DNA of 64,000 nt from Okamejei kenojei (Eukaryota). The notes under the pieces are model-generated. The model saw nothing but the letters and a program-made list of their open reading frames with translations, was not told the DNA's origin and did no database searches. The position numbers were made by a program, and so were the translations under genes. Position 1 is the stretch's first letter. Every line of letters begins with the position of its first letter. This document shows, in pieces, positions 35,621 to 48,415 of the stretch. The DNA is taken from the NCBI GenBank assembly GCA_035221665.1, contig CM069161.1, positions 7,130,001 to 7,194,000 on the forward strand. The letters are read 5' to 3'.

Positions 35621-36957
35621 CCTTAGTTTAATTTGGTTTCGTGGTCAGCACAGGCGTTGTGGGCCGAACGGCCTGATGCGTTCTGTGCTGTACTGTTCTA
35701 TGTTTCGTGTAACACCATGACACCCGGCAGGGTGGGACTCTGTTGTTTGATGGGTTGGTGAAAGTCGGATTGCATGCTGCTCCAGTCTGAGTGACACTTT
35801 CAGTGGGTCTGTGCATATTCAACTAATCAAGTGGCTGACTGGAAATAGACTCCCCCGACCCCCCCCCCCCCCCCCCCCTCTGCTAATCAACACGGCCGTG
35901 ACGTTGGGCGTGACTGACATGGTTGGTATTTGGAGGCACCGGGGAGCTAGCTGGGAATATTAGACATGAGCTCATTCTGGAGTTCAGCCTTTGAGCAGAA
36001 GTAGTTCTGTTACTAGGTAACTCCAATAGGGTGTGTTGGAAAATGGATAATTTAAGAATAGGATTCAGCACTTAAAAGTATAAACAAAGGCAGGAGTGAT
36101 TAGTTGGAGTAGTTTGTCTGCTCCTGTCCAACGTGCACTGTGTTTGCCTTGCCTGCTTTGACAAGGAGCAGGGGATAGGTGGACGTGTGCAGGTACAGTA
36201 TCTCAGTTTAGTTTAGAGATACAGCGAGGAAACAGACCCTTCAGCCCACCGAGTCCGTGCCGACCAGCGATCCCCGCACATTGACACCACCCAAAGTGCT
36301 GGGCACTTCTTACATCGTTCTTTCAGGTTACAACCCATAAATATCTGCATTAATATAGACACTTTCATATCCTTCCCAAAATATTCCATTGGGCTTTACA
36401 GCTGAAATAATGTTATAGTTTTAAGTGCAGTACCAGCAGCCAATTTGAACACAGCAAGTCCACACAAAAAACAGTCACAATGATGAAATGATTTGTTTTT
36501 AGTGGTAATGGATGACAAATATTAACCAAGACACAGGGTTCTTCTTCATTTGTTCTTCGTCAAAAGGGTGCATGGGGTAATTTGCTACTTAAATCTGCCT
36601 GAGAGATCAGATAGGGCAGCATTTTAGCCTCTCGTCTGAAAAACAAGACCCTTGACAGTGGTGACAGAGATGAACTGTTGATGCTAGTTTATACCAAAGA
36701 TAGACAGACACAAGTGCTGGAGTAACTCAGCGGGTCAGGCTAGGCGACGTTTTGACTCCAGCATGTTGTGTCTACCCTTGACGGTGGACTGCCAGTCTAC
36801 ATGCGTGCACTCAGTTCCCCAGAGTAAAAGTTAAACGTGAAACAAGACAAAAAGACATTAACTTTCTCAACAGTTACTCTTCATTTTCCTCAATTCCGTA
36901 AATCTTAGTCATAGTTTCACCAGTGAAAGGAAGTTGTCATGTTGTTGGAACTTTAGG

Positions 36958-37270
36958 GGACGGCACGGTGGCGCAGTGGTAGAGTTGCTGCCTTACAGCG
37001 CCAAAGACCCAGGTTCGATCCCGAACACGGGTGCTGTCTGTACAGAGTTTGTACGTTCTCCCTGTGACCTGCGTGGATTTTCTCCCAGATCTTTGGTTTC
37101 CTCCCACACTCCAAAGACGCACAGGTTTGTGGGTTAATTGCCTTGGTATAAATGTGAATTGTTCCTGGTGTGCGTAGGGTAGAGTTAATACGCGGGGATC
37201 GCTGGTCGGTGCTGACTCGGTGGGCCGAAAGGACAGTTTCCGTGCTCTATCTCTAAACTAAACTAAACTA
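36958..37270 (+). mobile_element. HE1-type SINE, full length
   Basis: cggcacggtggcgcagtggtagag (A box), ggttcgatccc (B box), (ctaaa)n tail. Confidence 0.92.
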
Positions 37271-37649
37271 TAAGTCTCTCCTCCCCCAAAGCTCCCCGCA
37301 AGTTGTGACGTTATCCAAGCTAATCGTCCCTCCTCCTCCTCCTAGCCTTTTATGACTTGCTTCACCACCGGCCTGTATAATGTTAGCATGAGTTGTTTTG
37401 ACTTGCAGTCAAATTCCCCAGAGATGTATTCCTGAGCATAACTTTAGGAGAACTCACAACATATCAGTTGAGCAGAATCTGGTTCACATGCATCAGTTCC
37501 GAGTAGCTTTCACGAGGATTTTTTTTTCTCCCTTATTTAGCAAAAGTTATTTACCCAACTTCGAAATGAAAACAAATGCATTCCTGTCACATGAGAGCAA
37601 GTTCCAGACAGCTAAATGTTCTGTGAATTAATGTTTTTATTCCCACAAA

Positions 37650-37940
37650 ACCTTAACAATAAGGGGTAGGCCATTTAGAACGGGGATGAGGAAAAACTCT
37701 TTCACCCAACGACTTGTGAATCTGTGAAATTCTCTGCCTCAGAAATGCAGTGCAGGCCAATTCTCTGGATTCTTTCGAAGCGGAGAGTTAAATAGAGCTC
37801 TTAAAGATAGCGGAAGTCAGGGGATATGGGGAGAAGGCAGGAATGGGGTACTAATTTTGTTGATGATCAGCCATGATCACATTGAATGGCGGAGCTGGTT
37901 CGAAGGGCCAAATGGCCTACTCCTGCACCAATTGTCTAAA
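37650..37940 (+). mobile_element. CR1 3' fragment
   Basis: aataaggggtaggccatttag...gatcagccatgatcacattgaatggcgg. Confidence 0.85.
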
Positions 37941-38514
37941 ACTAAGCATTGGAGAAGGGCCAAGGGAAAGGGGTTTGGAATCAAGGGAGGGGGAGGAACA
38001 GCGTGTCAGAGGGAGTAATTAAGAATGGGGCAGCATTGGAGGGGCGTTTATGATCACTAACTCTGACAGAATGGTTGTTATATTTCAGATGTGGCATTAC
38101 AGAGGAAGCTGTGTATGCAGACTGTCACTGAAAGCCCTCTCGCTCACGTACTTTAATCTGCCAGTGGGAGAGAGTGTTGACAGAGGTCACCAACAGGGCA
38201 TGTAGCTGGACATTTCATTTTCCATCGTAACTATAGTTCAGTGTCTTGATTCGTACGGGTGTCAGAGATTATGGGGAGAAGGCAGGAGAATGGGTTAGGA
38301 GTGGGAGATCAAGTCACGATTGAATGGCGGGAGTAGACTTGATGGGCTAATTCTACTCCTGTCAGAAAAGCCCAAAGTAAAAGCTAGGCAAACTAAAACT
38401 TAGCCCAAGTGGTTCTGTATTAATTCACATCTTTGTTCATGGGCACTGCCACCAAGAACAGCATTTGTTACCCATCCGCAATTGCCCGTGAAAAGATGAA
38501 ACGTGGTGAGCTGT

Positions 38515-39050
38515 GGGGCAGTGCAGTGGCACAGCTGGTAGAGCTGGCGCCTCGCAGCGCCAGAGACCTGGGTGTGGAGTTCGCACATGCACCCTGTGGT
38601 TTCCCCATGGATTTCCTCCCACATCTCAAAGACGTGGGGATTTGTAGGTTAATAGGCTTCTGTGAAATTGCCTTGATGTGTAGGAAGGAACTGCAGATGC
38701 TGGTTTACACCAAAAATAGACACAGAGCTTACAACCGAGCAGTATGAACCATTCTACATTTTCTTAGTATCGTCTGATTTGATCTATTGTTTTTGACACC
38801 TTAACCTTCCATATCTCTAGTCTCCCTCTCCCTTGACTCTCAGTCTGAAGAAGGTCTCAACCCAAAACGTTTTACGCATTTCTTCTCTCCAGAGATGCTG
38901 TCTGTCCTGCTGAGTTACTCTAGGATTTTGTGTCTATCTCTGATATGTAGGGAGTGGATTAGAAAGTTAGATAACTGAACTTATGTGAACGGGCGTGAAC
39001 TCGGTGGGCCAAAGGGCCTGTGTCAAGGCAGTATCTCTAAACTAAACATC
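38515..39050 (+). mobile_element. HE1 SINE interrupted by a Penelope-like insertion (~38680-38940)
   Basis: SINE halves joined at a duplicated atgtgtagg/atatgtagg; the insert has an inverted terminal repeat, an LQPSSMN remnant and a hammerhead-like core. Confidence 0.7.
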
Positions 39051-39510
39051 TACCTTGGACCACTACAGTCTCTCTGGTGAAGCAGTCCCACACCACCATC
39101 GGGGAAGGAGCTCCAGGAGTTTGGCTTCCTCACAATGACGGACCAGTGGCAGAATTCCAAATCGGCATGGTGGATGACTAAGAGGGGAACTTTCCCATGA
39201 ACCCAAACCCTTTGGCCTTCTTGGTAATAGAAGTCATGGGACTGTGAATAGCTGTTGGAGTAGCCTGGACAAGTAATTGCGGTGCATCTCTGAACCGTTC
39301 TTGCATCACGGTATTTATGTGGCTTGTCCAGTTGAGTTTCTGGTCAATGTGGACTCCCAGGATGCAGATGGTGGTGAGCTTAATGATAGCAACCATTGAA
39401 TTTTAACATCTTTCTTGGCAGCAATAGCTATTCCCTCAAAAGGGAAGAACCTATCAGACCAACTGGGCCAGACTCTTTCTATCCACATTAAAAAAAAAAC
39501 GGTCACATTT

Positions 39511-39825
39511 TGGGTGGCACAGTGGTGTAGTGGTAGAGTTGCTGCCTTACAGCCCCAGGGACACGGGTTCAATCCTGTTTGCGGCTGCTGTCTGCGTGGA
39601 GTTTGTACATTCTTCCCGTGACCTGGGTGGGTTTTCACTGGGAGTTCCGGTTCCGTCCCACCCTCCAAAAATGTACAGGTTTGTAAGTTAATTGGTATGG
39701 TAAAATAGTAAATTATTCCTGGTGCGTAGGACGGTGATAGTATGCGGGGATCGCTGGTCGGCGTTGACCCGGTGGGCCGCAGGGCCTATTGCCACGCTGT
39801 ATCTTGAAACTAAACTAAACTAAAA
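39511..39825 (+). mobile_element. HE1-type SINE
   Basis: Full head-to-tail consensus. Confidence 0.88.
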
Positions 39826-40149
39826 ACTGTCATCTTTTCTGCCCCTTCGAGTAACTGGACACCCTTCCTAATTGAGGTGATCAAAGATGTTTGCCAGATG
39901 TGCAGACATCGGCAATGTAAATCATCATAAAAGGCCTTTCATTGGAAGGGCCTGTGCAAACAATAAGAACTGGAACTATACAAATATTGGTATTCAGTGC
40001 CTTCTGCAATCTCAGTAATTCCACCTGAGATATTATCCTTTATAGAATCATAGAGTAATACAGCAGGGAAACAGACTCTTTTGACCAGCTCGCCCATGCT
40101 GAGCAAGATGCCCCAAGTAAGCTAATCCCCTTTGCTCATGTTTGACTCA

Positions 40150-40480
40150 TCTATATACTTATAAAAGTCTCATCTTGTATGTATGCGTGCGTGTGTGTGT
40201 GCCTGTTTCCGTAAGTGTTTTTCTACATTCATCAAAACGCTACGCGCCACAGTTGATTTTTTTCTACAGCTTATTACTCACTTTAACTGGTCAACGCAAT
40301 AAACAGGTCCCCTTCACATTTCATGCTATATTTCACGTTATTCACGATTAAAGTTTAAAAAAAAAGCCAAAAACCGCTTCTCACAGACAGACGTTTTCCA
40401 GCAGATTCCAATGATGGTGTCACAATGCCACTCTCAGTGCACCAATCACAATGGGCACTTAAGCTGCCGAGTGCCCAGGA
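40150..40480 (+). mobile_element. Helitron 5' fragment
   Basis: A|TCTATATACTTATAAAAG, a typical Helitron 5' TC terminus after A, followed by a GT-rich microsatellite; no 3' CTAG found. Confidence 0.5.
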
Positions 40481-40559
40481 GATTTATCTACCTTCACTGG
40501 TTTTGGGCATATGGCACCTCCTCGACTGTAACACAGACTATTCTCAAGACATCTCCATT

Positions 40560-40835
40560 ACGGTGGCGCAGCGGTAGAGTTGCTGTGGCGCCGGAGACCC
40601 GGGTACGGGTCTGTCTGTACGGAGTTTGTACCTTCTCCTCGTGACCTGCGTGGGGTTTCTCCGAGATCTTTGGTTTCCTCCCACACTCCAAAGAGGTGAA
40701 TTGGCTTGGTAAATGTAAAAATTGTCCCTAGTGGGTGTAGGATAGTGTTAATGTGTGGGGATCGCTGGTCGATGCGGACCCGGTGGGCCGAAGGGCCTGT
40801 TTCCGCGCTGTATTTCTAAACTAAAAACTAAACTT
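40560..40835 (+). mobile_element. HE1-type SINE with internal deletions
   Basis: Consensus match. Confidence 0.88.
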
Positions 40836-40929
40836 AACTTTCCCAAATTCCCTACTCTTCAAGTCTTTCTCCACGTTAAAAACATAAGAAGGCATTGAGG
40901 ATCATGCCTTCACCTGCGGCTCCACACAT

Positions 40930-41370
40930 AGATGACCACTTTAGATTCTGAGGGACACTATTCTCTCTTTAGTTACCTTATTTACCCTTAACATTATTAA
41001 TAAAATCTCTTGGGATTTTTCTTCATCTTATCTGCCAGAGTTAAATTATGCCCCCTCTTTGTCCTCCTGATTCCCGTGTTAAGTATGCTCCTCAATCCCC
41101 TATATTCCTCCTGGGATATGCTTGATACCAGCTGCCGAAACCTGATCCATGCCACTTTTTTCCTGACCAGAGCCTTGCCATCTAGGGTTCTTTTCCTCTG
41201 ATTTGCCTTGGCCTTAACTCCAACAGGAATACACATACCTGGACCTCTCACGATCACACTTGCAGAAGCATCTCACGTTCTGCATCTCCCTTTGCCCTCA
41301 AACAACCTATTCCAATCAACTTTTGCAAGTTCCTGTCTAGTATCGTCATAGTTGGCCTCACCTCAATTTG
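40930..41370 (-). mobile_element. Internal CR1 ORF2 fragment (endonuclease-RT linker)
   Basis: IRRTKRGHNLTLADKMKKNPKRFY. Confidence 0.75.
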
Positions 41371-41814
41371 GCTAATCTAGTAAATTTTCTTGGCCGCTGA
41401 GCCACCCAAAAGATCAAACGACAGGCAGTTATCAATAAAAGGATTATTAAGTCTCCACATATTCATAAGTGGCAATTTATATTTGGCCATGTCATGGACC
41501 AGGATTTACGACAACTCTAACATGATGTACCTTCATCCATCAGTGTTGCAGTACACTGTACTTTTGGTTGAGGTACTTCCAATGGAACATTCCACTGGCT
41601 TTTCATCTAAATCATTTTGCAAGGTTTCAGAGCACCCTTGATCAGAATTATACCACCCTCAACACACAAATATTTGAGATATCTGCTGTCCGAGCTTGGA
41701 TTAAATACAAACTACACAAATCTGGTGCTGCATTTTGCGTGGAAGACTAAACACTTCATCTTTTCCAACTTTTTTTCTTTCATTACATTGCTCAGCCATT
41801 GCCTCAGCTACGTT

Positions 41815-42285
41815 AGAGAAACATAGAAATATAGACAATAGGTGCAGGAGTAGGCCATTCGGCCCTTTGAGCCAGCACCGCCATTCAATATGATCATGGC
41901 TGATCATCCAGAATCAGTACCCTGTTCCTGCTTTCTCCCCCATATCACTTGATTCCGTTAGCCCTAAGAGCTATATCTAACTCTCTAGTGAATTGGTCTA
42001 CACTGCCTTCTGTGACAGAGAATTCCACAGATTCACAACTCTCTGGCTGAAAAAGTTTTTCCTCACTGCAGTCCTAACTGGCCTACCCCTCAGAGGTTCT
42101 CTGGATACTTTCAAGAGAGAGCTAGATAGGGCTCTTAAAGATAGCGGAGTCAGGGGATATGGGGAGAAAGCAGGAACGGGGTACTGATTGGGGATGATCA
42201 GCCATGATCACATTGAATGGCGGTGCTGGCTCGAAGGGCCGAATGGCCTGCTCCTGGACCTTTTATTTATTGTCTATTTATTGTC
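41815..42285. mobile_element. Two head-to-head CR1 3' ends forming an inverted repeat
   Basis: 41815-42090 (-) and 42097-42285 (+) are reverse complements over ~150 bp. Confidence 0.85.
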
Positions 42286-42309
42286 TAAATGTTTTCCTAC
42301 ATTTTTCTT

Positions 42310-42670
42310 TTTCGGCAGCTTTGACCGCCTCGGGCCGCGGAGTTTGAACCGGCCCGTTTGCAGAGCTCGGATTCAGCCACGGGACTGACTTACTTGCCAT
42401 CACCCAGCAGGGTCACAACATCGGAGGCCTGGATCACCTCAGCGCAGAGGGAGAACAAGGAGGGAAGAGACAAAGACTTTGAGACTTTTGCCTTCCATCA
42501 CAGTGAGGAGGTGCCTGGTGGACTCACTGTGGTGGATGTTGAACTGTGTTGAGTGTGTGTTTTGTTATTTTGTTCTATGTTATGACTGCAGGGTTCGCAT
42601 TTCGTTGTACTGTAAATGTGCAATGACAATAAAGTTGAATCTAATCTAATCTAATCTAATCTAATCTAAT
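42310..42670 (+). mobile_element. Unclassified non-autonomous retroposon with a (CTAAT)n tail
   Basis: GC-rich body, gacaataaag, then about 6 copies of ctaat; the tail layout is like the Rex1 3' ends in this window. Confidence 0.55.
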
Positions 42671-44004
42671 TTCTACTAGTTCCAAAGAAAAAAAGCTCCA
42701 ACTCTACCTGGATTTAGATCAACGATGGAACATTTTTCCAATTCAGGATCGTATGCAACTCAGAGGGGAACCTGGAGGTTCTGGTATTGCCAATGGCTCA
42801 ATATATATTTATTGTCACATATGCAATTAAATTACCACAGCGAAATGCATTTTGCATATAATGCCAGCTCTGCCATATTTGACACCCTTTCATAAAGTCC
42901 GGATTACCGCATGTTCATTCTACAGGAGCGGCTCCCAATCCCCTCCTGAAGAAGGGTCTCGACCCAAAACATCACCTAATCCTTCTCTCCAGAGATGCTG
43001 CCTGTCCCACTGAGTTACTGCAGCATTTTGTGTCTGTCTCCCAATCCCGTCCTTTGCCTATGATCGGACTCGGCACGTCCATTGCCCTAACCTTTTTGTG
43101 GAAGATATTGTAGCCTTGAAGGGATACATGTAGATGCCCCTGGAAAGTTACCACATTGGTTCATAAGTTCATAACTTCTAGGGGCAGAATTAGGACACTC
43201 AGCCCAACGAGTTTACGCTGCCATTCAATCACGACTGATCTTTTCCCCCTCAACCCCATTCTCCTGCCTTCTCCCCATGACCTTTGATACTAAGCGAACA
43301 TCAGGCGTGTGCTAAGTAAGGGAAGAATGGGTATTCATTAGAAGAAAGCGTCCACCTTTCGTGACCGTGTCTATCCTGCCACCACAATTATTCCTGCTAA
43401 TGATTTGATTAAAGTTCAATAAATATTTTTGTATTCTCTGACAGTGCGTTGGCAGGAAAAGAGTTAGTGGTGCGTTTCATGCAAGTCTTTCTGTTCATCA
43501 GATAAATACAAGAGAAACCTAATCCTGAGTTTTTGGAGAAAGTTATACAAAGTCCATTCATACTGGGTGGGGAAAAAAACCCCATAACAACCGTCAAACA
43601 AAAATCAGTCTACACAAGATAATTGATTGTAATTTTCATTCTGTAGCAAAGGTGCGTGAGATTCTGAACAAGATTTCCGCCACCTGCAACCTAACTGATA
43701 AATGGAGAGGAACTCCTTGGACACTCAGCACCTCCCTTTCACATTGCAGAAGAGTGGAATGAAAAGTGGGAGAACCTGCTTTAGAATCACACCCATTTCA
43801 ACCAAAATCCTTTGTGCAGGTTTTAAATGTGGAGCTGTTGCTTGTCAAAACCAACATTTCACAAGAAAAATTGTACAAAAACAGGGTAGAGAATTGGACG
43901 AGAAAACTTCTCCACTAAATAGGTGCAGCATTGCTACGTGGATTAAACAACATAAACACCGTGGTCAGCCATTCAGCCCATCGAGTCAGTTCTATCATTT
44001 CATT

Positions 44005-44480
44005 TGAGGATGGACACAAAAAGCTGGAGTAACTCAGAGGGTCAGGCAGCATCTCTGGAGGAAAGCAATACGTGACGTTTTGGGCCGAGACCCATCCTTC
44101 TTCAGACCGTCTGACCCGAAACGTCACCAATTCCTTTTCTCCAGAGATGTTGCCTGACCCGCCGAGTTACTCCACCTTTTTGTGTCTATCTTGGGTTTAG
44201 ACCAGGATCTGCTGCTCCTTCCTACACACTACCATTGACTTTGATCATCACTGATCTTGATCTTGCTTTCCCTTGCTTTCTCCCTCCTCCCCCTCCCCTT
44301 CCCAGCTCTCCCACAGCCCCTTTCCATCTCTTCGCCTCGTTCTTTTCTTCTTCCCACCCCCCCCCCAACCCCACATCAGTCTGAAGTAGGGTCTTGACCC
44401 GAAATGATTACCTATTCCTTTGCTCCATAGATGCTGCCTCACACTTTGAGTTTCTCCAGCATTTTTGTCCACCTTTGATC
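44005..44480. mobile_element. Penelope-like inverted terminal-repeat pair plus a further copy
   Basis: gtgacgttttgggccgagacc...cttcagacc followed by gacccgaaacgtcacc. Confidence 0.75.
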
Positions 44481-45169
44481 TTAACTCTACTTACCCAAAT
44501 ATCCAAGCACAGACTGTACAGCCTGTCAATGCGGTTTTAGAAATATTGACCTAGAAAATTCCTCCTCCTTTGCACAAGTCTTCAAATATTTTCTGGATTT
44601 ACTGCCCATGCCATCCACAGTTGCCCGTGGATTGTGGTCCCGTGGGACCTGATGGTAAATCCGATCGTCTGCCATGGACTGTGAGACTGGAATCGCGGGT
44701 GTGGAGCTCACAGCAATTCAACAACTGATTAACCCTTGGAAGGTTTCTATGCATGATTCTGGGTTGTCAGTCCTGTTCAACCAGTACATAACAGTACGTT
44801 CCCAAGCTGCCAACAGCAAGATATGAAACATTTATCCAAATAGAAAAATGTCAAAGCTGCTAATGCCACCGCAAATGCACTCTTTTATGCAACCTAATTT
44901 CCGTTCTATAACCACAACAGGGCAGACAGTCAGAACTATCTTCGGTGTAAACCAGCACCTGCAGTTTCTTCCCTTAGAAGATAGACACAAAATGCTGGAG
45001 TAACTCAGCGGGACAGGCAGCATCTCTGGAAGGAAGGAATGTGTGATGCTTCGGGTCGAGACCCTTCTTCAGACTTACCCGTTTTTCCCAATGTGGAAAC
45101 GCCCAACACTAGAGGGCGTAGCTATTAGGCGAGAGGAGGTAAGTTTAATGGCGATGTGTGGAGCAAGTG

Positions 45170-45563
45170 GATTCTCCGTGGATTGTCACCTTGTCGTGGT
45201 GGAGAAGCTTGTGTGGATCTGAGATCCTGAGAGTGACGCCGTCTGGAGCTATGCTCCTGGTAGGGCCACCCATGACGGTAAGGTCGAGGGGGAGGTCTCT
45301 GACAAAGAGCAATCCAACCAAGACCTCAACGGTGGAACAGGCGGAGGACGATGGCTGACCTTAGTGGAGCGTCACAACGGCTGGGAAGGCGGATGAAGGC
45401 TGCGGCAGAAAAAGGTCTCCGGTCGTCTTGGACTCCATGCCACTGGATCCTGACCCAGATCGGTCAAGGACCGTGTGGTGGCTGCCTGTTCACCAGTCTC
45501 CCCACGTTAAACAAAGTCACGCACAGGCGTCCTCCATATAGGGAATCCTCCCTAACATCCCGA
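45170..45563 (+). mobile_element. Short element resembling the 5' region of RTE-clade LINEs (Expander/BovB-like), inserted in a CR1 fragment
   Basis: caccttgtcgtggtggagaagcttgtg...gagctatgc...ggtagggccacccatgacgg...ctgacaaagag recalls RTE 5' ends; direct repeat AGCAAGTG at 45162-45169 and 45564-45571. Confidence 0.55.
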
Positions 45564-46704
45564 AGCAAGTGTTTTTTTTGCACAGTCATGGGGAGGCTGA
45601 AACACATTGCCAGGGCTGGTGCTGCAGGCAGATACGACAGTGGCGTTTAAGAGGATTTTAGTGAGGCACATGGACGTGGAGGGAAATGGATCGTGGGCAC
45701 ATTGCAACAGACGGCTGTGGGGACAAAGTCAATGGATGTTTATAAGACGGAGATTGACAGATTCTTGATTAGTAAGGGTGTCAGGGGTTATGGGGCGAGG
45801 GCAGGAGAATGGAGGGAGAGATAGAAATATGAGCCAGGTATGGTGGTGGAGGCAGTTACAATAATGGAATATAAATCGCTTGTACATAGACACACAGATA
45901 TACAGGAACGGAGGAATATGGATCACGTGCAGTCTAAAGGAGATGGACATGGTGGGCAGAAGGGCCTATTCCTGTTCTGCACCGTTCTAAGTCCTATGTC
46001 GTATGTCTCTGGAACACAGATCCATGGACACTGAAGGACGCAGGGAAATATAGATTTTTTTCACAGTGAGTAATTTCCCCTTCTGGTCTGTCCCATGAGT
46101 TAGAGACACAGATTGCAATCACTTGCAAGATTTATTTTGTTTAGTCATGCTGTAAATGTTTAGTAGGATTTTTTGGAATGTTTCTTTATGGTTTTCTAAC
46201 GCTGGTTGTCTGAAATTTACGGCTTCGTAATCTTTCCAAATGAAAACTATTGAAAAGCAAATGACCCAGAATACCTTTGAACCTGCGCGTTTATATTCCT
46301 CTCTTTATGAGATTTATGAACCTCCTCGAGGGAAAAAAAAAAACCTGAGGAGGGACCGAAACACAAATGTGGGTCTTCAGACCAGTTGAACTAGAATGCT
46401 AAACACCACAATTGCCCAAACTGTTGCTCAGCGCAATAATCCATGGGGTTACCCAGTCCCAAACTTAGAAAACCCATTGTCTGAATTCCCATAAGGCAGA
46501 CACCACCCACCCCACAGGCTTACAGTTCTTAGAAGCCACAAAACTGGCTGCACAGGAGGCCCTTCAGCCCATCGGATCGATGCCAGCCAAATGTGGATTT
46601 CAGGTTAATCCCATTTAGAATCATAGAGTCATCTTGGATCTCAAACTACATCTTTGTAGGATTTGGCTCTTCAAGGGCCTGTACAGGTACCATCTGATGG
46701 TCTG

Positions 46705-46945
46705 TGCAGAAAGGAACTGCAGATGCTGGTTTAAACCTAAGATAGACCAAAGAACCAAGACACAAAATGCTGGAGTAACTCAGCGGGACAGGCAGCATTT
46801 CTGGAGAGAAGGAATGGGTCGAGACCCTTCTTCAGACCCTGACTTCTTCAGACTGAAGAAGGATCTCAACCCGAAACGTCACCCATTCCTTCTCTCAAGA
46901 GATGCTGCCTGTCCCGCTGAGTTACTCCAGCATTTTGTGTCTATT
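46705..46945. mobile_element. Penelope-like inverted terminal-repeat pair
   Basis: cttcttcagac / ctgaagaag palindromic centre; arms are reverse complements. Confidence 0.8.
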
Positions 46946-47477
46946 CTTCTGAGAGTCCTTTCCGTTTCTATCTCCATCAAGAGATGCTCGAGGTCCCATT
47001 TCGTCTTTGGGTTTTGAGTGTTTCTCTCGACCCCGCTCGCTACCAATAATTTTTTTGCATACGGTCCGGTAAGATTAATACCGTACGCAAGTACAATCCC
47101 CGATTAAGTACATCATGCACAGGAACAAACCACTGAGACCGTATGCAAATCGCTAGAGTTTTGGCGCCATTTCCACAGTCCGAGCTGCAGCTGGCCACAA
47201 AGGCCCATTGTAGCCGTCACCTCAACTCGAATTACAAACTTCGATCTATATTTAATGTCACCTTTTTCCTTTTAACAGCACCCTGTTCACCAAAATGGCC
47301 ATACACTCACCAAATCCTCAACTTCCATGCGATGTTTGAGATCTAATTATCAACCTACTATATATACCGTAGGAATTGCAGGAATTCCACAAGCAATGAC
47401 TCATTGTTGACTGACTATCTCCAAGTCAAGCATCTTATTGTGCTTGTTAATTGCCATCCATACCCCTCTGCCGCTGC

Positions 47478-48415
47478 GGACCAGAACCAGCGGTCACAGT
47501 TTAAGAATAAGGGGCAGGCCATTTAGGACTGAGATGAGGAACAACATTTTCACCCAGAGAGTTGTGAATCTGTGGAATTCTCCACCACAGAAGGCAGTGA
47601 AGGCCAATTCACTGGATCATTTCAAGAGAGAGTTCTCTTCGGGCTAACGGAATCAAAGGATATGTGGGAAAAGCAGGAACGGGGTACAGATTTTGGATGA
47701 TCAGCCATGATCATATTGAATGGCGGCGCTGACTCGAAGGGCCGAATGGCCTACTCCTGCACCTATTTTCTATGTTTCTGTGGTGACAACAAATAACTAG
47801 AGGTCTAGGTTAGGAGAAAAGCCTCATTGATGAGGGTGGTTATCAGATCACATGAAGCGTGGGGTCGCCAAATGAAGCGTCAGAAACAATCAGTTCCTCA
47901 CTCTGCTGTATCTTATTGTTTTAACATCAATAATATTCTGTACCAGCTAAATCCAAGAAGCCTTCGGCAACTTTCAAACTGGAAAGGGTACAGAGAAGAT
48001 TTACGAGGATGTTGCCAGGACTACAGGGCCTCAGTATAGGGAGAGGTTGAGCAGGCAAGGACTCTATTACTTGGAACCCAGGAGGGTGAGGGGCGATCTT
48101 ATAGAGGTGTACAAAATCATGCGCGGAATAGATCACAGAGTTCTCTAAAGCGAAGGGGGAAAGATTTAATAGGAACCTGAGGGGTAACGCTTTCACGCAA
48201 AGGTTGGTGGGTGTATGGAACGAGCAGCTAGTTGAGGCAGGTACTATCGCAACATTTAAGAAACGTTTAGACAGGTACATGGATAGGACAGGTTTAGAGG
48301 GATATGGGCCAAATGCAGGCAGGTGAGACTAGTGTAGATGGGACATGCTGGCAAGTGTGGGTAAGTTGGGCTGAAGGGTCTGTTTCCATGCTATAAGATT
48401 CTCTAACTCTATAAC
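47478..48415 (+). mobile_element. Two CR1 3' fragments (47478-47780, 47965-48415)
   Basis: TSGHSLRIRGRPFRTEMR...FTQRVVNLWNS; standard tails. Confidence 0.88.

Noticed and set aside
36958-37030. tRNA genes at SINE heads (A and B boxes)
   Set aside because: Each continues into the SINE V-domain and LINE-like tail, so these are tRNA-derived SINE heads
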